From Octopus vulgaris (lineage: Eukaryota): 64,000 nt of DNA. Within the stretch, counting starts at the first letter, position 1. Every line of letters starts with the position of its first letter. This document shows, piece by piece, positions 1 through 12,563 of the stretch. The stretch spans positions 161,076,001 through 161,140,000 of the forward strand of contig OX597816.1 of NCBI GenBank assembly GCA_951406725.2. Direction: 5' to 3'. Both the position numbers and the translations under genes were made by a program. The notes below the pieces were generated by a model that searched no databases, had not been told where the DNA came from, and saw only the letters and a program-made list of their open reading frames with translations.

Positions 1-39
<39 letters not shown>

Positions 40-40
40 C

Positions 41-192
41 GACAGGTTTCTTTCAATTTCTGTCTACAACATTCATTCACAAGGCTTTGGTCAGCCTAAG
101 GCTATATAATAGAAAATACTTGTCCAAGATACCATGCAGTGGGAATGAACCCAGAACCATGTGGTTGGGGAAGCAAACTTGCCACAGCCACC
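41..192 (-). mobile_element. SINE family A (tRNA-headed), 5' part
   Basis: Reverse complement matches the head of the full copies at 2733 and 42310 (GTGGCTGTG..AGCTTGC..CCACATGGTTC..GGTTCA.TCCCACTGC). Confidence 0.8.
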
Positions 193-194
193 CC

Positions 195-277
<83 letters not shown>

Positions 278-960
278 TCATACAACACAACATACAAATT
301 ATAGGAAGTGTTTATTTTTTAATGCTTTTAAGCATGAGTTCATGGGCTGAATGCTTTTTATAAAGTGGATATTTGAATAAAATATTGGAGGTGTGATTTT
401 ACGGTCAGTTGCACATTATACTACCAACAAAACAGCAATGAACTAACACCAATGATTCATCTAACTAGAATGAAATAAAGAAAGTTATAATATGCCTGGC
501 TTGGCATCACAACACATTGCTAATGGCAGAAAATAAAATACATGACTATCATAAATATTTATCGGCTATGAATGTTTATCAAGCAAGCCTAGACCTTATG
601 ATCAAAAGGTGATCTAGACATGACCACCATGTCAATTTTATTCGTTTTTGTTTTTCATGTTTTAACCAGCACAATGTAAATAGGACTACATAATCCAATG
701 GTCTTTTTTCTTTCTTTTATTAAAACAGTATAGAGTGATTTGAGTGTTATTTGACTGCTATTTTTGGTTGGTCAAGCAATTGCATTGAGGCTCTCTTGTG
801 GTGTGTTGTGGTTGAGGTGATGAAGATAAAGATGGTATGGTTTTTAACTTGAGGTCAGCTTTGATATAACAAAGTTATGACGAGAGGTATTTGTGATTTG
901 ATCACCTAGCCAATGAATCTAGCACAACATGATCCATCGTATCCTTCCTCTTTTATGTGT

Positions 961-1034
<74 letters not shown>

Positions 1035-1036
<2 letters not shown>

Positions 1037-2432
1037 CAAAATTTCTTATCTTGGACACAGAGTTACCCATGGTTTCGTATCCACAAAGCCAAAGCCTTGT
1101 GGACAGCTCATTAGACTCTATATAAAGACAAAAATTTAAAATTTTTTCATCACAGACTTGAAGAAACACTCAGAAATCAAGAAATACATCTTAACAAAAG
1201 AACGTTCATGAGGACAGCTTGTCTCCCCTGAACCAGAGTAAAACCAATCCTTAAAAACCCGAAGGGGCCTAACCAGCAAACAGAGAGATCCAGTTTCCCA
1301 GTAAGTAGCACTTGAAGTGGACACATTTAGAAAACACTTCTTTACAACAATTACACACTCCAGGTTTCATATAGTCCTTAAGAATTTTGGCTCTTTCTGC
1401 AATGCAGATCTTGTAATAGCCACTTCCATTAACATATGGGCCTGGACGATCAATTAATTTCCACCTGATATCACACAGGGTCCCTTGATCTTTAAGGTGC
1501 CACACATGGCGAGCCAAGGACATGACAAACCATTTTTCAGGGACTCTGAAGGATGACTGGTGGTTAAGAAAACGTCGCTTGAAAGAAATACTGGCAGATC
1601 TAATATATTTACAAACATGGGCTGTGGCCTTATTCACACTCCTGGTAACATATGGTGCGAGGCCAGTCATCCCATCGGTGTCAAAGATAATTATTTGGTC
1701 ATCATCTGTGGTGGTGGTACTGGTGGTGGCGCTGGATACCTCCTCAACATCTCTGGTCCTGAGATGATCATCATTTCTAGGTGTGGTAATTGTACTCGTG
1801 GTAAAATATGTTGCATGTCTGATCACTCTATCTGTGTCTATAATTTGTTTATTATCTGTGGGGGAGTGGTGGTACTGGGGTCTTTGATAATGTTCTCTGA
1901 GATGTTATCCCGGACTGTTTATTATCTCAGGGCATGGCAATTGTACTGGCGTGAGATCTGGTTAATCTGCTAATATTGCTCTTGGATGGTACATTACTGT
2001 TAATGCAGATAGCAGGTCTCGGTATTACCGTAGACTCATAGATGACCCCTTCAGCTTTGCATTGGTCTCCTAATGAACAGTTATTATATAACCTGCAAGA
2101 GCAACCTGCCTCATCCCTTGTATTGTGAGTACTTGTTAAAATGTTTTTCGTGTTAGATGCACAACGAAGGGGGACTCTAATATTGTGTCTGTTAAATAAT
2201 TGCATGTATCTATGTATGTGAGTGAAATGTTTGCCTATCAATCTGAGGAAAATCTTTCCTGCACAAGTCTTGACATTGAGCGAGAAGGTTGGAACAAACT
2301 AAACAACATTTCTGTGGCACTTCCTTTTCTGAGTGCTAGGGCCAGGCATGTAGGAGATGCAGTCCTTAATCCCACTCAATGCCAGTGCCTCATTGTTGTA
2401 GGGGCAGCGGTATTGAAGATATCTTGGCTCGA
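1035..2432 (-). mobile_element. 5'-truncated, decayed Penelope-like retroelement: RT thumb end, Cys-rich linker, GIY-YIG endonuclease, 3' HHR
   Basis: Minus-strand translation gives SSQDIFNTAAP.., RKRKCHRNVV*FVPTFSLNVKTCAGKIFLRLIGKHF, CSCR..NCSLGDQCKAEGVIYESTV and KYIRSASISFKRRFLNHQSSF..LARHVWHLKD..IRWKLI..PY..KICIAE..SKCVH, following the PLE consensus. Stops and frameshifts are present. Bounded by (TG)n and a short (CA)n. Confidence 0.9.
1057..1121 (-). ncRNA. Type I hammerhead ribozyme in the PLE 3' repeat (core G5A mutated)
   Basis: AUAGAGU-CUAAUGA-GCUGUCCACAAGGC(UUUG)GCUUUGUGGAUAC-GAAA-CC(AUG)G-GUA-ACUCUGU: 7-bp stem I, ~13-bp stem II, short stem III, GUA cleavage triplet. Confidence 0.85.
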
Positions 2433-2449
2433 GGATAGATACACACACA

Positions 2450-2700
2450 CGTATATATAATTGTTAAACAGAATGTCAAACATTAAGGCAAGGCAAACAT
2501 TTCAAGTTATATACAATATTACTACAGGAAGAAATCCAAAATTTTGCAGCTGTTTCTGGGAAATCCTTGATTATGGGATATTCCACTGCATCGGAAATCT
2601 GCAATAGCTCCATAACTACTGTCTCGGCTATAACCTTGGGGCCCCAGCAATCTGTTACAGCACTACCTAATCATATAGATCACCTGTGAACTAAACCCCC
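2450..2700 (-). mobile_element. PLE-type terminal repeat fragment with degenerate HHR (2541-2598)
   Basis: AUUU-CCGAUGC-..UGGAAUAUCC/GGAUUUCCCA-GAAA-CAGCUG-C-AAAAU. A second, rearranged copy lies at 35940-36113. Confidence 0.6.
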
Positions 2701-2732
2701 ATACTTTATATATAGGGTTAGGGTTAGGTTAA

Positions 2733-2925
2733 GAGTGCAGGAGTGGCTGTGTGGTAAGTAGCTTGCCTACAAACCACATGGTTCCAGGTTCATTCCCACT
2801 GCGTAGCACCTTGGGCAAGTGTCTTCTACTATAGCCTCGGGCCGACCAAAGCCTTGTGAGTGGATTTGGTAGATGGAAACTAAAAGAAGCTCGTCGTATA
2901 TATGTATATATATATATATATATAC

Positions 2926-2973
<48 letters not shown>

Positions 2974-3174
2974 TTGTGTGTTTGTGTTTGTCCCCCCAAC
3001 ATTGCTTGACAACCGATGCTGGTGTGTTTATGTCCCCGTAACCTAGCAGTTCGGCAAAAGAGACCGATAGAATATGTACTAGGCTTACAAAGAATAAGTC
3101 CTGGGGTTGATCTGCTCGACTGAAGGCAGTGCTCTAGCATGGCCGCAGTCAAATGACTGAAACAAGTAAAAGAG
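2733..3174 (+). mobile_element. SINE family A, full length
   Basis: tRNA-like head with B-box-like GGTTCATTCCC, internal (AT)/(GT) microsatellite, body GATAGAAT..GTACTAGGCTTACAAAGAATAAGTCC and tail GACTGAAACAAGTAAAAGAG. Confidence 0.9.
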
Positions 3175-3179
3175 TATAT

Positions 3180-3400
3180 ATATAAATAAAATTGTGTTAC
3201 ATACAAAATTAAGAGAAATGGCCACTAAAGTGGACACCCTATATGCTAAGCATAAACGTCAGATTGCCATTACCACAAAGAATGTGTTCTCAAGGAAAAA
3301 ATCTCAGCAAAATGCCAAAATGTAAAAATGAGCAAGACAGATGAAAACATACGAAAGAAAAACGATTACCTATGTACCAATTGGTTTCACTTGTTAATAT
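3180..3400 (-). mobile_element. PLE-type terminal repeat fragment with half HHR
   Basis: Similar to the reverse complement of 26300-26445 (CCACTAAAGTGGACA.., GCAAGACAGATGAAAA). Carries GAAA-CCAAUUG-GUA on the minus strand. Confidence 0.55.
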
Positions 3401-4354
3401 CTACGTATATAAACACATAGTGGTGGTGGTGGTAGTTGCTTCAAAGTGAAGGTAGGGTTGCCAAATGTTTTCCGTGGATTTTACCAAAATAATTTTCAAA
3501 ATTTATTAAAAAATTCTCGAGTTTTATCAGGGTAGATTTTTAAAAAATACATAGCAAACTTTATTTTATATATGAAAAAATAGGGGATTTTTCTCATTCA
3601 TTTATAATTAGGTTACTTCCACTTATTTACAGTTATTTAAAAAATATTTTTGCATAAGTTTTGAATATTGTTGCCTTAGTTTTACATATTGTTGCATAAG
3701 TTCTGTAAATGTCACATTTTTTCATATAAAATAGCATTTAATGTTTCCATACTTAATTATGAATTATTTTATACCATTATACTGTTTACCAAAGAAAACA
3801 GCCTTTCTGGTGCAGATGAAGGACGAAGCAATGATGATAATCAATTTATAGTTAATTTTGAGATGATTCATAAATAAGGTTTAACTTCACATTTTTCTTG
3901 ACAAATACGATACTAATTATTATAAAATATTTCTCTGGTTCTGAAATTTCATTCTTTTGTGGAGTTAACTCTTGACATTTTTTGCTGGCATTTCCATGCT
4001 CTTTTCTTTAATTAATATGAAGAAATTTCATTAATAATTGGGTAACTGGATATGGCTGTCCTTGAAGACACATTTTCTGGACACCAAGCAGGCAGGGTCA
4101 AAACAGCTTTGCTAAAACATCTCATGCTCACTTGGAATACTCAGCCATATATATGTTAATTCAATATGTAGGTAGTTCAGTTGTTCAAATAATTTGATAT
4201 TCGTTATGGAAACTGATGAACCTCTCACTTTTATAAGTATGAGTAATGTGGTGTAAGTCAAAAATTGAGAGGTTTTTGTCATGCAAGGTACTTGATGACC
4301 CTGTTGGTGATGGTGCCATGTAAAAAGCACTGGTGATAGAGCTTTCTAAATGAG

Positions 4355-4769
4355 CTCTTTTACTCTTTTACTTGTTCCATTCATCTGACTGCGGCCATGC
4401 TGTAGCACTGCCATTTAGTCGAGCAAATTCACTTCAAGACTTTTTCTTTGTAAGCCTAGTACTTATTCTATCAGTCTCTTTTTCTGAACCGCAAAGTTAC
4501 GGGGACGTAAACACACCAGCATCAGTTGTCAAGCGATGTTGGGGGGACAAACACAGACACACAAACATATATACACACACACATACATATATATATACGT
4601 ATATATGACGGGCTTCTTTCAGTTTCCATCTACCAAATCCACTCACAAAGCTTTGGTCAGTCTGAGGCTATAGTAGAAGACACTTGCCTAAGGTACCACG
4701 CAGTGGGACTGAACCTGGAACCACGTTGTTGGTAATCAAGCTATTTACCACACAGCCACTCCTGCACCT
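4355..4769 (-). mobile_element. SINE family A
   Basis: Full reverse-complement match to 2733-3174. Confidence 0.9.
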
Positions 4770-4844
4770 ATTTTAAAACTACTTTTAAAATTGTAGTTTT
4801 ATTTTTGTCTTTATAGAAAAACATAATAATGCTAACATATGAAC

Positions 4845-5220
4845 ACCACCCCTAGGTCCAGCCCTTGTTGCAGTGTTGGAGCTTGTGTTCCTCAATGAGC
4901 CTGAGAGCTTTGCTAGTGGAGTACAAGTTCTTGGTAGGACCTATTCTTGGAAGGTCAATGGTAGAGGCCAGAATAAGATAAACTACTTCTTCCCAAAGAT
5001 AAAATTGGGTTTGCATAGGGCCAACAGCTCAACCAAGAAAACAGCACAGTTACAGAAGCATTGATGACAATTCAGAAAACCTGAGAGAGGAAGGCCTTAT
5101 CTTAAGGAAACACTGTAAATGGGGATGGACAAGCATTGAGCAGAAAAGACAGCCCAGAGTCAAACCAGTGGAAAAAAGTCAATGATGGCTTGTGATCTTC
5201 AGAGAGCAAAGGGCTTAAAG
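4845..5220 (+). mobile_element. Internally deleted RTE-type element (5'UTR-like segment joined to 3'-end remnant)
   Basis: CCTTGTTGCAGTG..CAATGAGCCTGAGAGCT..GGTAGG resembles RTE 5' UTRs. 5125-5215 resembles the RTE C-terminal W..AQ.R..W..V.GL segment. Heavily decayed. Confidence 0.4.
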
Positions 5221-5807
5221 AAATCTCAAGTAAGTAACATATGAATTACATAGACAACTCGTTGCGCATGATTATGAAAGCACAGAACATGATGGCTAAT
5301 ATCCAGTTATCTGAATATGACCACTGGTAAATTGAAGTAAATACATAAATGCCTATGCAGCAGTAGAATGACCAAATAACAACAGAATTGTTTTTGCCAA
5401 GTCTAATCAGCTAATGAAATTAGATTTTCTGGATTTTTTTAATCTGCAAAATAACATCTGTCAAAATCAATTTCTCTGACAATTGATTTATAGGTGTTGA
5501 TTCAATACTCAGTCTTGCTAATTCAACAGGTTTTAATATGTTTACGTTTGCTGAAATATATTTCTTTGGCTGTAGGAGCAGGCATGGCTGTGTGGTTAGG
5601 AAGCTTGTCTCCCCAACCATTGCGGTATAGGATTCAGTCACACTTTACAGCACCTTGGACAAATATCTTCTACTACTGCCCTGAGTTTGACCAAAGCCTT
5701 GCGAGTAGATTTGGCAGATGGAAACTAAAAGTGCGTTGTATATATGCATGCACATGGGTATGTGTGCTTATGTTTGATATATACATATACATACATACAT
5801 ACATACA

Positions 5808-5850
<43 letters not shown>

Positions 5851-5853
<3 letters not shown>

Positions 5854-6120
5854 CAACAGTAAACAACCTGAAGTACGTAAGCAAATGAATTAAATATGCA
5901 AACAATGAGAGAAAAAATGGAAAACAGGACAAGTAACACAGAGATCGACTCTTCATCAGTTGTTGGCTGTCTATCTACTCCTCATTTCGAGCATTCAATG
6001 ACAATATGAGCCTTTAAAGACAGTTGCTCCCATAAATACCAAAATAAAATTTTGGATTTATAGAGGGTCAAAGTTGGGAACAAAAACAGGACAGTGGTGA
6101 CATACAAGGAAACTGAATGC
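5851..6120 (-). mobile_element. (TA)n-anchored short interspersed element, PLE-like (other copies 6535-6675, 14785-15040)
   Basis: Three copies share AAACAGGACAAGTAAC..TTCATCAGTTGT.GG.TGTCT, each next to (TA)n. Minus strand has GCUCGAAA and CUGAUGA. Confidence 0.6.
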
Positions 6121-6688
6121 AAGCAAACATGGAGGATTGTTGGACCAGAACGAGGAGAAAATAGTGAACACTGAGAGAACTATTTTCTTTGAAAAGAGAA
6201 AAGATAGAAGAGAGAGATAGAAGACATCCAGTCCTTTGGATGTCCTGGAGGAAAAGAAAGATGGTAATGTGAGAAAAAGAAAGATGGATGATGGTCACGT
6301 GTGAGCAATGGGAGAGAGAAAAAGAGAAAGAGGGAGAGAGAGAGAGAGAGACAGTTAAGAAAACGGTGAAGGGGAGAAAAGGGGAATTAGAGAAGGATGG
6401 TGGAGAAAGCAGTATAGAGTAGAGTCATGTCAAAAAGGTCGAGATAAATTTACTTGGAAATGGATGCATGACATTCAATTAAATAGTAATATAAATATAT
6501 ATGTGTATATATATATAAATATATATATATATGCATATATGAGTGCAGGATGTCACTAACAGTAAACAAAATAAAGTACAAAAACAAATTAGTTAAATAC
6601 GCAAACAATGAGAGAAAAAATGAAAAACAGGACAAGTAACACAAAGAACGAGCCTTCATCAGTTGTTGGGTGTCTCTCTATATATATA

Positions 6689-6889
6689 CAGTAGTACCTC
6701 AGTTTTTGAACATCTCTGATCATGAATAAATCGTGCTTTACATATATATATATATATAAAGCACAATTTATTCGTGATCAGAGGCATTTGTAAACCAAGG
6801 TACTACTGTATTAAATGATTATGAGAAAGACAGGGGATAAAGCACAATTTATTCATGATCAGAGTTATTTGAAAACAGAGGTACTACTG
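6689..6889. mobile_element. pogo/Tigger-type MITE with duplicated right end
   Basis: TA|CAGTAGTACCTC..GGTACTACTG|TA (6689-6808) is almost fully palindromic. A second right end finishes at 6889. Confidence 0.8.
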
Positions 6890-6953
6890 TATATATACAT
6901 ATTTGATTAATGAGAGAGAGATGGAATATGGAAGATACAAGAATCTTTATTGA

Positions 6954-7057
6954 TCACTATAATTGTTTCAACCCATCTAGCATTGATCCCTCATGGGTGG
7001 GATTCTAAACATCTGGTTTAGGTGTTTCCCTCAGTGTAGATGTGTCTCCTCAGGTGA
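6954..7057 (-). ncRNA. Degenerate type I hammerhead with long stem II
   Basis: UCAC-CUGAGGA-GACACAUCUA..(long insert)..UAGAUGGGUU-GAAA-CAAUU-AUA-GUGA. Confidence 0.65.
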
Positions 7058-7199
7058 ATATTTAAGTATAAATATATAGATATTCATATTAATAGAACAA
7101 GCTTAGCTAGACTACAAACGACAGAGAAAACTTTCACCTTGATGACAGAGGCTTGATTTTTCCCATGTTCATTTGCTCTGATTATGGCCTGCATATTGT

Positions 7200-7500
7200 G
7201 GGGAACTACATTGCCAACATTATGATGGATCTCTGAGCCCCCATAATAACCAAAGATGTTCCAAAGGAACTTGGTTGAGGAAAAAACTACTTCCTGTGCT
7301 ATATTCTTCAGACACTGCTTTTCCTGACTATCATCTGTTTAGAAGTTTCCAAAACAATTTTAGATGAACTTCACTAACTTTAAGAGCAGTGGTAAAAAAT
7401 GACTTAGTTTCAAAAGGAATTCTTCAGACATAACATCTGAAAAATTACCAGAATCATGAAGAATATATTGATTAAATGCATCTAAAAAACTCTACTTTAT
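7200..7500 (+). pseudogene. mariner transposase C-terminal remnant
   Basis: Translates YSSDTAFPDYHLFRSFQNN, matching the mariner YSPDLAPSDYHLFRSLQN motif. Confidence 0.7.
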
Positions 7501-8579
7501 TTTTCTAAATTCTAAATTCTTCTCAACAAATGTGTGTATGTCTGAGTGTATGTGTGCACACATATATGTGAATGAGTAGTTGCTACTTCCACGATGGTTA
7601 ACTTTATCAAAATTTCCCCAATCAGTAATGTTATACTACATGGAAAAATATGAGCATGAAAAGTAATATTCTTAAGATTATAAACCTGGAAAAGTACAGG
7701 ACAAGTTATTACACCTGTAAAAGTATAGAACAAACTATTACTTCTAGTAAAGTAAAGAGTAAGAAACGTTTTACTTAAAATATTGCAGCAAAGAATGCCA
7801 GTTCTTCTAATTTATCACTCTTTACAGTTCTCATTTTTTAAAATTATTGTACAAAACTGTTGTAATTTTGTCTAATTAGTCACTTTTTTTCTGTATTTAA
7901 GGTAAGTAAATTAGCCAAACTCTACTTGAATAAGTTATAGTGTTATTTGTAAACTATAATAAAATAAGTTTTAATATGCATCTCTCTGGGCCACGATTGT
8001 GGCCCGTCATGCTTTATGTGTTAATATCCATTTTCTATGCTGGCATGGGTTGGATGGTTTGCCTGAAAACTGGTGAGCTAGGGGGTGCGGGCTGTACCAG
8101 GTTGTTCTGATCTGATTTGGTAAGGGTTCTACAGCTGGATACCCTTCTTGATGCCAACAACTCCAAGAGTGTAGTTCCAATATATATCTGTGCCGATCAG
8201 ACCTAAGCTCAAATTTCATTTTTTTCTTGATAAAGTCATTTAAAGCCACAATATCAAGATATGAGGTAAAAATGGGAATTGTTTCTGATATGGTTTTTGT
8301 TTTATAATTTTGTTATCTTCATCTTGCAGTGTAGTAACGTTAAAAAAAGATTCATCTGTACGTTTGTGTGAGTGTATAAATGTGTGTGTGTGTGTGTGTG
8401 TGTGCGGTCGCGCATGCACTTGTGTGTGTAAGTGTAAGGATAAATCAGAGACAGAATGACTGACAAACATTACTGATTGATTAACTGGAACGAGACAGAA
8501 ATACAGGGAGGTTGGCAGATAAGAGGGAAAATGAAATCAGACCACATCAGAGTAAAGGAAAGGTGGTGGGGGTGATATA

Positions 8580-8806
8580 GATGTGTGTGTGCATGTACAT
8601 GTACATATGTATATATATACATATATATATATAGACACACACACACATATATATATGTATATATACATACATATATATATACTTATATATACACATATAT
8701 ATATATACACATATACATACATATATATATGTATATATACATATATATATATACATGTGTATAAATATATGCATATATATGTATGTGCAAGTATATATAT
8801 GTGTAC

Positions 8807-8865
<59 letters not shown>

Positions 8866-8913
8866 CATATCTATATGTACATATATATATGTGTATATAT
8901 ATGCGTGTCTGTG

Positions 8914-8965
<52 letters not shown>

Positions 8966-9013
8966 CATATCTATATGTACATATATATATGTGTATATAT
9001 ATGCGTGTCTGTG

Positions 9014-9063
<50 letters not shown>

Positions 9064-9115
9064 CATATCTATATGTACATATATATATGTGTATATATAT
9101 GCGTGTCTGTGTATG

Positions 9116-9183
<68 letters not shown>

Positions 9184-9226
9184 AATACATACATACATAC
9201 ATACACACATACATACATATGTATAT
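8580..9226. repeat. Compound (AT)n/(ATAC)n microsatellite with higher-order units
   Basis: CATATACATATCTATATGTACATATATATATGTGTATATATATGCGTGTCTGTGTATGT occurs three times between (AT)n runs. Confidence 0.95.
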
Positions 9227-9609
9227 GATGTCTTAACATAACAATGAGATCAGTAACAAATAGAGAGACAAAAATAGGTAAACACACAAACACACCCACA
9301 GACAGACAGACAGACAGACAGAAAGATAGGTCAATAGCTTGACAGACAAATAAGTAAATACATTGGTAGATGTATAGTTAAAGAAAATTCTAAGATCGGT
9401 TGATATACTGATTGACAGACAGCAACAGAAGACAGAAGACAGACAGAAGATAATAGACAGGTAGACGTTATATATAGACAGGTACGCACACTGGTGGGTA
9501 AGATAAGTAGAAACAGAAACTGATAGGCTAATAAATGAAATTGTGTGTGTGTGTATGTATGTATGTATGTATGTATGTATGTGTGCATGTGTGTGAGAGA
9601 GAGAGAAAG

Positions 9610-9648
<39 letters not shown>

Positions 9649-9941
9649 GAAAGAGACAAGTGATACCAGCTATTATGAGCGCCAATTTGAGATAGAAAAG
9701 AGAAGCAGGCTTCAGAAGAAGGCTATGGTTCAAGTCCTATTAGCTGACCTGATTCTCTCGCCTGACCTCAAATTTTTACTTGCTTGATATCAATTTACAT
9801 TGAACACTGCTGTAAGATAACTGATTCAAGCGGATGTTAAATGATGATGATGGTGTATATTATGTATATACACACACACACATATATATATACATACACA
9901 CATACACACACACACAAATATATATATATATATGTATATAT

Positions 9942-10190
9942 CATCATCATCATCATCATCATCGTTTAACGTCCGTTTTCCGCGCTAGCACGGGTTGGAC
10001 GGTTTCGACCGGGGTCTGGAGAGCTCGGGACTGCCCCAGGCTCCAGTCTAGTCTGGCAGTGTTTCTACAGCTGGATGCCCTTCCTAACGCCAACCACTCC
10101 GCGAGTGTAGTGGGTGTTTTTTACGTGCCACCTGCACAGGTGCCAGAGGGGTCTGGCATCGGCCACGTTCGGATGGTGCTTTTTTTTTAT
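9942..10190 (-). mobile_element. SINE family C with (GAT)n tail (other copies ~8025-8175, 18500-18700, 21290-21445, 27513-27797, 58170-58540, 62935-63310)
   Basis: Shared GGCGTTAGGAAGGGCATCCAGC.GTAGAAAC..CCCATGCTAGCATGGAAAACGGACGTTAAACGATGATGAT 3' end. Confidence 0.85.
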
Positions 10191-10427
10191 GGGGGGGTGT
10201 AGAAATATAGGGGAGCACCAGTGGGAGGGGTGGTTCAGAGGACAGGTAATAGGCAAGTAGAACGTAGGATATCGAGAGAGGGGTAATGCATGGTGAAATA
10301 GCGTATTGAAGAGGGGGGTTCAAAGAGTAGACACCTATAATGGTGGTATGTATGTATATATATGTATATATATATATATATATGTGTGTGTATGTGTGTA
10401 TATGTATATATATATATGTATATATAT

Positions 10428-10500
<73 letters not shown>

Positions 10501-10535
10501 GTATATATATATATGTATATATATATGTGTATATG

Positions 10536-10582
<47 letters not shown>

Positions 10583-10899
10583 TATTTTATATATTATATA
10601 GATATCATTTATATATTATGTATACATATATATGTACATACATATATACATACATACATGATTGGCTCATCTTGTCAGATGATAGTTATCTGTATGTCAT
10701 TGGAGTTAAGTGACAAACACTGGCACAGCACTTTTGCCACTCTTTCGGTTGCCATAGTAGGTTCCAGTGATAAGCATTGCAAGATGACTGACACTATTTT
10801 GACTGAAAGTTTTACGTTAGAGTATCTTCCTTCAAGAAGTGCTGTCTCTGTCGTTGGGAGAACTACTTGACACATGCTGTCATTCAAGGTTAGAAACTA

Positions 10900-10941
<42 letters not shown>

Positions 10942-11267
10942 CATACACACACACACATACACACGAGGGATGTATGAAAAGTTTTGAGCCTTCAACGACT
11001 TTGAGCCTTGAAGTTTTGCACCATGTTTTGTTTTTTTGAGACTCAAGACGTTTCATATGCCCCTTGTGTCTCTATATATATATATAAGTCAGTAAATGGT
11101 GAGGTTGTGTTAACCGCACATAGAGGAAAGGAAAAAATAATAATAAGGTAGAATGCTAAACTGAAAGCAAATTTAATATAAATGGGCGTAAGAAAGATTA
11201 AAAAGGATTTCAAACAGCCTTCATTGCATGGCAAATTTTCAAGAAAAGAAAGGGGGTGCTAAGGTTT

Positions 11268-11686
11268 CTTATTTCTTTACTGCCCACAAGGGGTTAGACA
11301 CAGAGGGAACAAACAAGGACAGACAAATGGATTAAGTCGATTACATCGACCCTAGTGCATTACTGGTACTTATTTAATCGACCCTGAAAGGATGAAAGAC
11401 AGAGTCGATCTCGGCAGAATTTGAACACAGAATGTAGTGGCAGACAAAATACCTATTTCTTTATTACCCACAAGGGGCTAAACATAGAGGGGACAAACAA
11501 GGACAGGCATAGGTATTAAGTCGATTATATCGACCCTAGTGCATAACTGGTACTTAATTTATCGACCCCGAAAGGATGAAAGGCAAAGTCGACCTTGGCG
11601 GAATTTGAACTCACAATGTAACGGCAGACGAAACACTGCTAAGCATTTCGCCTGGCATGCTAACGTTTCTACCAGCTCACCTCCTT
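11268..11686 (-). mobile_element. SINE family B with tandemly repeated 3' module (other copies 23760-23953, 38180-38581, 43840-44305, 49110-49530, 51728-51958, 52188-52347; old copies 59763-60205)
   Basis: Head GGCGGCGAGCTGGCAG..GAGTTCAAATTCC. Core GTCGACTTTGCCTTTCATCCTTTCGGGGTCGATAAATTAAGTACCAG resembles the Meta-SINE central domain (from recall). Confidence 0.9.
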
Positions 11687-12155
11687 TCAACGTAACAAAT
11701 AATGTCTCAGGTTTGCTGGTCGGTGCAAATATTATTGGTGACGTAAAACTTAAGTCATTGCTTGTTTTTCATTTGGTTCTCCAAGAGCAATGAAAGACAT
11801 CTCCAAGCCTAATCTGCCTTTCATATGGAAACCTAGCAGAAAAAAAAACTTGATTACGCCGGCTTTGTTTACTGAATTATTTTGGAACTTTTCTGCCTTG
11901 CTGTCAAAAGTTACTGTGAGAAAAATAATTTCGATCTCAAGGCATTTCTACTTCTGTAAAAAACGCCCCTGGTCATCTTTCCAATCACGATTCATTGCAA
12001 ACGAGCATACCTGTTGAACTACATTACGTCTCTGTAAACACAATTTCACTATTTACTACATCAGCATATTATCTTAGAAGATCTTGAAGTTGATTACATC
12101 AACGGTGATAAACATCAGGCCATCAAAGAGTTCAGGAAAATTACATTATGCAAAA
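11687..12155 (+). pseudogene. pogo/Tigger DDE transposase fragment (duplicated at 38582-39050)
   Basis: LLVGANIIGDVKLKSLLVFH, ISKPNLPFIWK..LITPALFTELF, ..YCEKNN..KAFLLL.NAPG match the pogo DDE_1 GNA.GD.KLKPL / LPV.W / LLLDNAPGH pattern. Confidence 0.85.
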
Positions 12156-12530
12156 AAAAAAATAAATAAATAAATAAATACATTACTACTCAAATTTTTA
12201 GAATGTGTGCCTTTTTCAGATATATGGTCGACTGACAGCATGGAAGGCGGACGTTAAATGATGATGATGATGATGATATATATGAAATGCGAGACATCCA
12301 TCTCTTGTCAGTTTGTAGAATTCTACTTTCCAGTGTCTGATTCTGAAGAAGAGATAACCACTCCAAAATACATGCATCCCTCAGTCTAGTTAGAGAGCAC
12401 TTCAAACTGACTTGTGTTTACACCTATTTGTCAATAGTGAGAAATTTTCTCCACAACAAAATACAGAGTGACTTTCTTACTGCCTCAAATATGTCCCAAG
12501 AATATATGAACACACTTACATGCATATGTG

Positions 12531-12563
<33 letters not shown>

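Noticed and set aside
1560-1973. 137-aa plus-strand ORF
   Set aside because: Antisense shadow of the Penelope nuclease insert.
2714-2730. TTAGGG repeats as a chromosome end
   Set aside because: Only 2-3 units and internal; the other tracts lie inside repeat elements.
9645-9787. Protein-like frame RKETSDTSYYERQFEIEKRSRLQKK
   Set aside because: Short, fused to a microsatellite, no splice context or recognisable homology.
12332-12388. Acceptor-like TTTCCAG followed by SDSEEEITTPKYMHPSV*
   Set aside because: Too short to distinguish from chance without RNA data.
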